A DNA stretch of 64,000 nt from positions 11,931-75,930 of the forward strand of contig JAIESW010000038.1 of NCBI GenBank assembly GCA_019745565.1, given 5' to 3'. Both the position numbers and the translations under genes were made by a program. Positions 57,189 through 64,000 of this stretch are shown piece by piece; position 1 is the first letter of the stretch; every line of letters begins with the position of its first letter. This DNA is from Burkholderiales bacterium (GTDB taxonomy: Bacteria; Pseudomonadota; Gammaproteobacteria; Burkholderiales; Ga0077523). The notes beneath the pieces are model-generated. The model made no database searches. It was not told the DNA's origin and worked only from the letters and a program-made list of their open reading frames with translations.

Positions 57189-57223
57189 CTCTCCACAACG
57201 TTATCCACAGAGTTTGTGGACAA
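57189..57223. promoter_or_regulatory. Cluster of three DnaA boxes (plus one distal box at 57023-57031)
   Basis: CTCTCCACA (57189-97), perfect TTATCCACA (57201-09), inverted TGTGGACAA (57215-23); CTTTCCACA at 57023-31. Confidence 0.75.
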
Positions 57224-57317
57224 CGGTTCGCACGGCCGCGCGCGGCGCGCGGCGGTTGCGGGGGTGAGACCCGCAAGCTAAAGTGCGGCACTTCCGAAAC
57301 CTCGAGGGTCCGCGTTC

Positions 57318-57929
57318 GTGCTCGCCATCATCGAAGCCGCCGGTTGGCCCATCTGGCCGATCATCGCGGCCTCCATCGTCGCGCTGGGCATCATCGGCGA
57401 GCGCAGCTGGTCGCTGCGCAAGAGCGTGGTGGCGCCGCGCGAACTGCTTTCGGAAACGCTGCAGGAAGTCCGCACCCGGGGCGTCACCGGCGAGATGCTC
57501 TCGCGCCTCACGCAGAGCTCGCTGCTCGGCCGCGTCTTCGCCGCCGGGCTGCGCAACGTGAAGAGCCCACGCGAAGTGATGAAGGAATCGATCGAGGAAG
57601 CCGGCCGCGCCGCCGCCCAGGAACTGGACCGCTTTCTCACCACGCTCGGCACCATCGCCACCATGGCCCCGCTGCTCGGCCTGCTCGGCACCATCATCGG
57701 CATGATCGAGATCTTCGGGAGCCAGGGCCCTTCCGGCATGGCGAACCCTTCACAGCTGGCGCACGGCATCGCGGTCGCGCTGTACAACGCCGCATTCGGG
57801 ATCATCGTCGCGGTGCCGAGCCTGGTGTTCTACCGCCACTTCCGTGCCAAGGTGGACAGCCTGGTGGTGGAAATGGAACTGCAAGCGGTCAAGCTGGTGG
57901 AAGTGCTGCACGGGGAACGGCAGGCCTGA
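57318..57929 (+). CDS. exbB: MotA/TolQ/ExbB proton channel protein
   Basis: AGWPIWP, LGTIA..APLLGLLGT..GMI..F, LA.GI..AL.N.AFG..VA.P; GTG start. Confidence 0.9.
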   Translation: MLAIIEAAGWPIWPIIAASIVALGIIGERSWSLRKSVVAPRELLSETLQEVRTRGVTGEMLSRLTQSSLLGRVFAAGLRNVKSPREVMKESIEEAGRAAAQELDRFLTTLGTIATMAPLLGLLGTIIGMIEIFGSQGPSGMANPSQLAHGIAVALYNAAFGIIVAVPSLVFYRHFRAKVDSLVVEMELQAVKLVEVLHGERQA

Positions 57930-57945
57930 TGGCGGAGCCCGCCTG

Positions 57946-58365
57946 ATGGACTTCCGGCGCGGCCGGCCGCGCGAAGAACCGGACATCAACCTCGTCCCGT
58001 TCATCGACATCCTGCTGGTGATCGTGATCTTCCTCGCGGTCACGACCACTTACTCAAAGTACTCGGAGCTGCAGATCAACCTCCCGACGGCCGACGCGGG
58101 CAAGGCGGCCGACCGGCCGGAACAGATCAACATCGCGGTGACGGCGACGGGCAACTACGTGATCGGCAAGACCCCGGTCACGTTCTCCTCCCCCGACGCC
58201 CTGTCCACCGAATTGAAGCGCGCTGCCGGCAACAACGATGACCCGATGGTCGTGATCAGCGCCGACGCCAAGGCCACGCACCAGTCGGTGATCCGCGTGC
58301 TCGAAGCCGCCCGGCTGGCCGGTTTCGGCCGGATCACCTTCGCGACGCAGAATGCCCAGAAGTAG
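57946..58365 (+). CDS. exbD: ExbD/TolR biopolymer transport protein
   Basis: INLVPFIDILLVIVIFL, I.LP.A, ISAD...HQ.VI.VL..AR.AG. Confidence 0.92.
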   Translation: MDFRRGRPREEPDINLVPFIDILLVIVIFLAVTTTYSKYSELQINLPTADAGKAADRPEQINIAVTATGNYVIGKTPVTFSSPDALSTELKRAAGNNDDPMVVISADAKATHQSVIRVLEAARLAGFGRITFATQNAQK

Positions 58366-58378
58366 CCGATTGCCTCGC

Positions 58379-58398
58379 GATCGGTAACGGATCGGTAA
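58379..58398 (+). promoter_or_regulatory. Direct repeat GATCGGTAA x2 with 11-bp period upstream of BTAD regulator
   Basis: GATCGGTAA at 58379-87 and 58390-98. Confidence 0.5.
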
Positions 58399-58480
58399 TT
58401 CCGGGCATCCCATGCTCGGTGCGCAGTTGCTGCAACCACCGGGAGTCGGCACAAGATCGCCCCGACCAGGAGGAGAGTCC

Positions 58481-61400
58481 GTGGTCAAGCCTGCCCCAAC
58501 TCTGGCAAAGCTCAGCCGTCCGCGGCTGTTCGATAGCGTCCCGCGCGAACGCCTGTTCACGCGCCTCGACGATCACCAGCGCCTGCCGGTGACGCTGGTC
58601 GCGGCACCGCCGGGCGCCGGCAAGACCACGCTGGTGGCGAGCTGGCTGGAGAGTCGCAAGGTCGGCGGCATCTGGTACCAGATGGACGCCGGTGATGCCG
58701 ACGCAGCCACGTTCTTCCATTTTCTCGGCATCGCAGAACGGGTGCTGCCCGGACGCAGCCCGGAACTTCCGCCGCTGCCGCCGCTGACCCCGGAGCACCT
58801 GAGCGACCTCGACGGATTCTCGCGCCGCTTCTTCCGCGACCTGTACACCCGCGTGAAAGTGCCCGGCGCCCTGGTGCTCGACAATTTCCAGGAAGCCGGC
58901 GACGAAGGCCCGCTCCATGGTGTGCTGCTCTGTGCCATCGACGAAGTGCCGCGGGGCATCCATCTGTTCCTGGTGAGCCGCCACCCGCCACCCGACCGCT
59001 ACGCCCGCCTCGCGGCGAACCGGTCGATGGCGCTCGTGGATTGGGAAGCCATCAAGCTCACTCCGGACGAGGCCGGGGCGATCCTGAGCGGCGGGACCCT
59101 GCCCTTCGACGACAAGGCGGTGGCATCGCTGCATGCGCGGTCCGGCGGATGGGCCGCGGGGCTGGTGTTGCTCGCAGAACAGTTCCGGCGCGGACACGTG
59201 CTGGAGTCCGTGGGTGACCAGGACTCGCTCGCCCAGGTGTTCGCCTATTTCGCAGGACAACTGTTCGACCAGGCGCCCGCCGAAGATCGCCGGCTGCTGA
59301 TGGCCTTGAGTTTCCTGCCCAGCACCAGCGAAGCGATGGCCCGCGATCTGACCGGCGGCGAGGCAGCGGTTGCTTTGCTCGAACGGCTGTACCGGCATCA
59401 TCTGTTCACCGACCGCCGCCTGGGCACCGATCGGGCATACACCTTCCATGCCCTGTTTCGCGCTTTTCTACAGCATCGCGCCGAAACCGAACTGAGCGAT
59501 GCGGAGCGCGTCGACCTGAGTCGCCACGCCGCCAATCTGCTCGAAGCGGCCCGCCAACCCGAGGCCGCGATGCCGCTGTACGTCGGCATCGGCGATTTCG
59601 AAGCCGCCGAGGCGTTGTTGCAGCGCGACGCGCCGGGCCTGATCGGCCAGGGCCGGTGGAAGGTGGTCGTCGACTGGGCCGAAGCGCTGCCCGCAGCCCG
59701 TGTCGCCGAGAATCCCTGGCTGCTGTACTGGAGCGGCACGGCGCGGATCGGCGTCGACCCGCCCGCGGCGCGCGCGGTGCTGGAACGCGCTCACGCGATC
59801 GCCCGCCAGCGCCGCGATGAACTCTGCCAGGTGCTGTGCGCAGCCGGCATGGTGGACGCGTATTTCCTCGAGTACATCGAGTTCACCCCGATCTCCCCAT
59901 GGATCCCGGTGCTGGAGCGCATGTTCGAGCCCGGATTCCGCTTCCCCGACACCGAGAGCGAATTGCGGGCATTGAGCGCGATGCTGATCGCCACGACCTA
60001 TCGCGCGCCGGATCACCCTCGCACGGAACAGTGCGCCGATCGGGTGTACGCCCTGCTGACCACCCGCATCGATGCGAACCTCCGCGTCAACGCCGCCACG
60101 TTCCTCACGCTGTACGGCTGCTTCACCGGACACCTCGAACTGGGTCGCACCGCCGCCAACATGCTGACGCCGCTGCTGACCGATCCCGGCGTGCACACCT
60201 TCCGCCGCATCTTCGCGTGGGCCGTGACCTGCTGGTATTCGTGCAACACGAGCGATCACGAACTCGGCGATCGCGCCGTGGCCGCGAACATGGCCATCGC
60301 CCACGACGAAGGCATGCACCTCGCCGAGCGCTTCGCCACCGTCCTCGGCTACTTCCTCTACTTGGACCGCCGCGACATCGAAGCCGGTCGCCGCGCGATC
60401 GACCGGTTCGCCGAGATCATGATTCCGTCGCATCCCTACGAGGCCGCCTCCCTGGTCAACATGCGTTCGTGGCACGGGATGCTCACTGACGATCGCCAGC
60501 TGTCGCTGCGGTATTCACCCGACGCGGTGCGGCATTTCAACGTGGCCGGTTCCATCCCGCACATCATGATGGCCTTGAACGGCCGCATCTGGGGCTTGAC
60601 CGAAGACGGCGACGAAGCGGAAGCGCGCCGCGCCATCGCCGAGCACCGCGGCTGGTCGATGCGCCGGAACATGGAATGGGCGCGCTGGGCACCGGACGCC
60701 GCCGAGGCCCTGTTCGCCCTGCGCAGTGGCGACGAACCGACGTTGTGCGACCGCCTGCGCCGTATCTTCGCCCACGATCGCGATCACTTCGACCAGTACG
60801 GCCACCAGCTCAACTGGGCCCGCACCTGGAGCACGACGCTCGCGGCGGCAGCGCTCGAACGCGACATCGAGGCCGGGCACGTACGGGCGTTCATCCGCGC
60901 GTTCTCCCTGGAACCGCCCGCAGCGGACTGCGACGCGTGGCCCTGGCCGATCCGCATCACGACGCTAGGCGGCTTCTCGCTCGAAGTGGAAGGCGAGCCG
61001 GTCGGCTTCGCACGCAAGGCGCCACGCAAGGTGCTCGCACTGCTGAAGGCGATCGTCGCGTTCGGGGGCCGCGAGGTGAAGGACTATCTGCTGATCGACG
61101 CCCTGTGGGCGGATCAGGAAGGCGACGTGGCCCGCGACGCGTTCCGCGTCGCGCTGCACCGGCTGCGCAAACTGCTGGGACGAACCGAGGCCATCATCAT
61201 CGACGACGGCCGGATCGGCTTCAATCCGGCGCTGTGCTGGGTGGACGCCCTCGCCTTCGAACGCACGATCCAGCACGAGGCCACGGCCCCTCGTGCGCAC
61301 GCCCGCTATCGCGGGCCGTTCCTGCCCGACGACGTGGCGGAACCCTGGACCGCACCGATGCGGGAGCGGCTGCGCCGGCGGTTTCTCATGGCGACGGAGC

Positions 61401-61504
61401 AGATTGGTGCCCGGCTCGAGCAGGCCGGCGACCACGGTTCCGCCCGCGCCCTGTACGCGCACGCCCGCGAGATCGAGCCTGCGGCATCGGCAGCAGGCCG
61501 GTAG
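58481..61504 (+). CDS. MalT-like STAND ATPase transcriptional regulator with C-terminal OmpR-type wHTH and short BTAD-like domain
   Basis: KL..P, R.RL, Walker A APPGAGKT, Walker B LVLDNF, GW.AGL, FH.LFR; C-term WPWPIRI.TLGGF, LW.D, L.RLRKLL, WVD..AF, YRGPFL; GTG after AGGAGG. Confidence 0.88.
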   Translation: MVKPAPTLAKLSRPRLFDSVPRERLFTRLDDHQRLPVTLVAAPPGAGKTTLVASWLESRKVGGIWYQMDAGDADAATFFHFLGIAERVLPGRSPELPPLPPLTPEHLSDLDGFSRRFFRDLYTRVKVPGALVLDNFQEAGDEGPLHGVLLCAIDEVPRGIHLFLVSRHPPPDRYARLAANRSMALVDWEAIKLTPDEAGAILSGGTLPFDDKAVASLHARSGGWAAGLVLLAEQFRRGHVLESVGDQDSLAQVFAYFAGQLFDQAPAEDRRLLMALSFLPSTSEAMARDLTGGEAAVALLERLYRHHLFTDRRLGTDRAYTFHALFRAFLQHRAETELSDAERVDLSRHAANLLEAARQPEAAMPLYVGIGDFEAAEALLQRDAPGLIGQGRWKVVVDWAEALPAARVAENPWLLYWSGTARIGVDPPAARAVLERAHAIARQRRDELCQVLCAAGMVDAYFLEYIEFTPISPWIPVLERMFEPGFRFPDTESELRALSAMLIATTYRAPDHPRTEQCADRVYALLTTRIDANLRVNAATFLTLYGCFTGHLELGRTAANMLTPLLTDPGVHTFRRIFAWAVTCWYSCNTSDHELGDRAVAANMAIAHDEGMHLAERFATVLGYFLYLDRRDIEAGRRAIDRFAEIMIPSHPYEAASLVNMRSWHGMLTDDRQLSLRYSPDAVRHFNVAGSIPHIMMALNGRIWGLTEDGDEAEARRAIAEHRGWSMRRNMEWARWAPDAAEALFALRSGDEPTLCDRLRRIFAHDRDHFDQYGHQLNWARTWSTTLAAAALERDIEAGHVRAFIRAFSLEPPAADCDAWPWPIRITTLGGFSLEVEGEPVGFARKAPRKVLALLKAIVAFGGREVKDYLLIDALWADQEGDVARDAFRVALHRLRKLLGRTEAIIIDDGRIGFNPALCWVDALAFERTIQHEATAPRAHARYRGPFLPDDVAEPWTAPMRERLRRRFLMATEQIGARLEQAGDHGSARALYAHAREIEPAASAAGR

Positions 61505-61567
61505 CCCGGGCCTGCCACCGACGGCGGGTTCGACCCGACCGGCATACCCGAGGTCCTCGAAGGGGGG

Positions 61568-61597
61568 TTGTCGGCCCGGCCCGGATGGGTCCATACT
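61568..61597 (+). promoter_or_regulatory. Sigma70-like promoter at start of structured intergenic segment
   Basis: TTGTCG-N18-CATACT. Confidence 0.4.
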
Positions 61598-61603
61598 GCA
61601 CCC

Positions 61604-61843
61604 TTGATGTTTCCGGCCGGGGCATCCCGGACAGGTTGTCGGAGGCGTTCGGTCTCCCGTCACCGGAAATGTCACAGGCAAGGGCCTTGCCCGTCGGGGA
61701 TGTCGACCGGAGCGTTTCCGGTTGCCGGTTCCCGTGAAGAAGTCGAGTAGCTAGACCATCGACTGGCAGGCCACGGGAGCGCGAGAAGTCCCCGGCGTGC
61801 GCCCGCAGACGAAGCCTGAAGCGCCGTTCCGGCGGCGCTCTTC
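61604..61843 (+). ncRNA. Candidate structured RNA / long leader (unassigned family)
   Basis: Nested helices 61605-16/61663-74, 61692-701/61788-97, 61729-36/61772-79, 61741-46/61759-64 plus local hairpins; G-U pairs favour plus strand. Confidence 0.4.
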
Positions 61844-61990
61844 GCGATGCGCGGCTTTGCCGCGCGAGGCATGTGCGGGGCGGCCCGCGTGACGCGCATG
61901 CATTTCCTGACCAAGCGGGACGCGTACGCATTGTGAGCGTGCGCCCAACTACATGTTGCAACTCAACTCCGGGAACATCGCGCGCTGCTC

Positions 61991-64000
61991 ATGTCCGGTC
62001 TGGTTCTGACGCGCGACCTGCTCGAGCAGGAACTGCGCAAGGAGTGCATCGACCGGGGCCGCGGCTATGCCGACCGCGGCCGGGTCCTGGGACTCCGCCA
62101 CGATCGCGAGCGCGATCGTTTCGAGGCGTCGGTGCGCGGCACCGCACGCAAACCCTATCGCGTGCACGTCACGCTGGAACAGGGCGCCGACGGCGTGCAC
62201 ATCCACGGCGTGTGTTCCTGCCCCGTGCATTCCAACTGCAAGCACGTCGCCGCCGTGCTGTGGCGCGCTCTCAATACCCAGACCGACGAGGACGGCGCTC
62301 CGCGCAAGGACGGCAAGCAGCCCGGTCGCCGCAAGGTCGGCGAACGACGCGGCGCGCAACCGCGGCAGAAGGCCGCGGCCGCGTCGGGACCGCTGCCGGC
62401 GCACGTGAACCAGTGGCTGAAGCGCGCCGAACGGCTCGCGCCCGCGGAAGTCGTGGATCCCACGGCCGACGTCGCGCAATGTCTGCTGTACGTCCTGCAG
62501 GTGCGCCCGCGCACCCAGGGCGGCGCCGACATCGTGGTCCGCGCGATGACCGGCCGGCGCCTCAAGGCCGGCGGCTACAGCAAGCCCTCTCCCTGGAACG
62601 GCGCCCTCGCCGCCCTGCACGACCCGCCCGGTTACGTCACCGAGGAAGATCTCCAGATCCTCCGCCTGCTGTTGCCAAGCGCACGCGATCACACCAGCGG
62701 CGAATTCCAGCTCGATGCCGAGACCGGTTCCATCGTGCTGCGTCTGCTGCTCGCGACCGGACGCTTCCACTGGAACCACACGTCGTCCGGCGCCCTGCAT
62801 GAAGGCCCGCCGCGCCCCGGCCGTGCGGTGTGGCGCTACACCATCAACGGTGCGCAGCGCGTCACGTTCGAGAGCGAACCGCCGGCCGAAGCGCTGCTGC
62901 CGCTCGCTCCGCCTTGGTACATCGAACCCGCCAGCGCCGAATGCGGCCCGATCGAAGTGGGCTTGTCGCCCACCATCGCGGCGTGGCTCGCCGACGCGCC
63001 GGAAATCGCCGCCGAGCACGCGGTCCGCGTGCGCGACATGCTGGCCCGCAGCGATCGCCTGCACGGCGCTCCGCTGCCGGAGATTCCGGTCCAGGCCGAA
63101 ACGCGCGAGGCGGCACCGGTACCGATCCTGCGTCTTTACTCGTTCGAGTCGGTCCACGGTTATGGCCGCGGCCGCTATGCGCGCGGCGAGTTCGTCGACG
63201 TCGCCGCACTGCGCTTCGAATACGCCGGCGTGCGCACCGACCGCGACAGCCCCGGGATGATGAGCGTCATCCGCAATGGGGAGCTGTTGCGTTTGCGGCG
63301 GAACCACGCTGCGGAGAAGCGCGCGCACACGACACTCGCGCAGGCGGGCTTCGTGCGCGTCAACAGCCGCGAACGCAACATCCCGCAGCAGCACAAGCAC
63401 GACTACACGCTCGAAGGCGAGCAGACCTGGCTCGAATTCGTGACCAAGGGCGTGGCGAATCTGCGGGCCCAGGGCTGGCAGGTGGAGTTCGACGAGAGCT
63501 TCCGCTTCACGCCGGTGGACACCGGCGACTGGCATGCCGAAGTCATCGAATCCGGCGGCGACTGGTTCGGCCTGCGGCTCGAGATCGACATCGACGGCCG
63601 TCGCATCGATCTGCTGCCGGTGCTGATCAACACGCTGCGCCAGCGTCCGGAGCTGCTGTCCGAGTCCGGCAAAGGCGGCGACCCGAACGAAGCGGTGCTG
63701 ATCCGTCTCGACGACGGCCGCATCCTGCCGGTGCCGCTCGCCCGCGTGCGACCGCTGGTGAACGTGCTGCACGAGATGCTGGACGAAGATGCCTCCGACA
63801 CGCTGCGGCTGTCGAAGCTCGACGTGGTGCGGCTCGCCGATCTGGAATCGTCGGTGCCCCTCAAGTGGGAGGGTGGCGACGCCATGCGGGCGCTGGGCAA
63901 GCAGCTCGCGCAGTTCAAGGGACTGAAGCCGATCGAGGCTCCGCCCGGCTTCGAAGCACAGTTGCGGCCGTATCAGCAGCAAGGCCTCGCGTGGCTCCAG
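61991..64000 (+). CDS. SWIM zinc-finger SNF2-family (DEAD/DEAH-like) ATPase, 3'-truncated by window edge
   Basis: My translation from ATG 61991: RG..YA..GRV, V.G....PY.V, SWIM CSCPVHSNCKH, DWF.L...I, ending LRPYQQQGLAWLQ (SNF2 Q-motif) in frame at 64000; not in supplied ORF track. Confidence 0.9.
   Translation, partial: MSGLVLTRDLLEQELRKECIDRGRGYADRGRVLGLRHDRERDRFEASVRGTARKPYRVHVTLEQGADGVHIHGVCSCPVHSNCKHVAAVLWRALNTQTDEDGAPRKDGKQPGRRKVGERRGAQPRQKAAAASGPLPAHVNQWLKRAERLAPAEVVDPTADVAQCLLYVLQVRPRTQGGADIVVRAMTGRRLKAGGYSKPSPWNGALAALHDPPGYVTEEDLQILRLLLPSARDHTSGEFQLDAETGSIVLRLLLATGRFHWNHTSSGALHEGPPRPGRAVWRYTINGAQRVTFESEPPAEALLPLAPPWYIEPASAECGPIEVGLSPTIAAWLADAPEIAAEHAVRVRDMLARSDRLHGAPLPEIPVQAETREAAPVPILRLYSFESVHGYGRGRYARGEFVDVAALRFEYAGVRTDRDSPGMMSVIRNGELLRLRRNHAAEKRAHTTLAQAGFVRVNSRERNIPQQHKHDYTLEGEQTWLEFVTKGVANLRAQGWQVEFDESFRFTPVDTGDWHAEVIESGGDWFGLRLEIDIDGRRIDLLPVLINTLRQRPELLSESGKGGDPNEAVLIRLDDGRILPVPLARVRPLVNVLHEMLDEDASDTLRLSKLDVVRLADLESSVPLKWEGGDAMRALGKQLAQFKGLKPIEAPPGFEAQLRPYQQQGLAWLQ

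Noticed and set aside
56908-57317. Chromosomal origin oriC
   Set aside because: Only 3-4 boxes, no evident AT-rich unwinding repeats and no dnaA/dnaN/gidA/parAB context; kept instead as a DARS/datA-like candidate, though GC-skew data are needed to exclude oriC fully
61605-61674. tRNA gene (cloverleaf-like four-way junction with GTTCG)
   Set aside because: Stem lengths, loop sizes and absence of a 7-nt anticodon loop, T-loop and CCA end do not fit tRNA
61741-61764. yybP-ykoY (Mn2+) riboswitch because of GAGUAGC/AGACC words
   Set aside because: The two words are adjacent within one loop rather than flanking a multi-helix aptamer, and the downstream gene is not a metal transporter
58481-64000. 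Anti-phage defence pair (STAND/Avs ATPase plus SNF2 helicase)
   Set aside because: The STAND protein has a MalT-type N-terminus and DNA-binding wHTH/BTAD output, not a nuclease or other effector; SWIM-SNF2 is a widespread housekeeping-type ATPase; no defence-island context is visible

Overview
GC-rich (roughly two-thirds G+C, estimated by eye), gene-dense chromosomal window, most likely from a betaproteobacterium. The taxonomic guess rests on three-part PntAa/PntAb/PntB, tsaE-amiC...mutL-miaA, xseA divergent from exbB/exbD, a PEP-CTERM protein and the REP-like repeats. About 61 CDSs are supported. They include housekeeping genes (copA fragment, selD, ilvA-type threonine dehydratase, csp, class I DAHP synthase, ilvD, tsaE, amiC, pntAB, mutL, miaA, xseA) and many catabolic or periplasmic enzymes (PQQ dehydrogenase, enolase-superfamily and UxaA-type dehydratases, two FAH-family proteins, amidase, cyclase, RraA-type aldolase, intradiol dioxygenase). 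There are also three c-type cytochromes, a MalT-like STAND/BTAD regulator and a SWIM-SNF2 ATPase that runs off the right edge and is absent from the supplied ORF track. I saw no rRNA, tRNA, CRISPR array, transposase or prophage. The most notable observations are: (1) a 1181-aa membrane protein joining a small cytoplasmic head, about 650 residues of E/R/K single-alpha-helix-type rod, one TM segment and an AsmA-like periplasmic domain; (2) a three-DnaA-box cluster with DARS-like geometry upstream of xseA; (3) a highly nested candidate structured RNA of about 240 nt with its own sigma70-like promoter upstream of the SNF2 gene; (4) a stand-alone C39-like domain behind a near-consensus sigma54 promoter; (5) several enzymes with altered catalytic motifs (PQQ dehydrogenase, Mesh1/SpoT-like HD protein, CX3CH cytochrome in a selD-linked gene run). 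All family assignments come from motif recognition by eye; no database searches were run.
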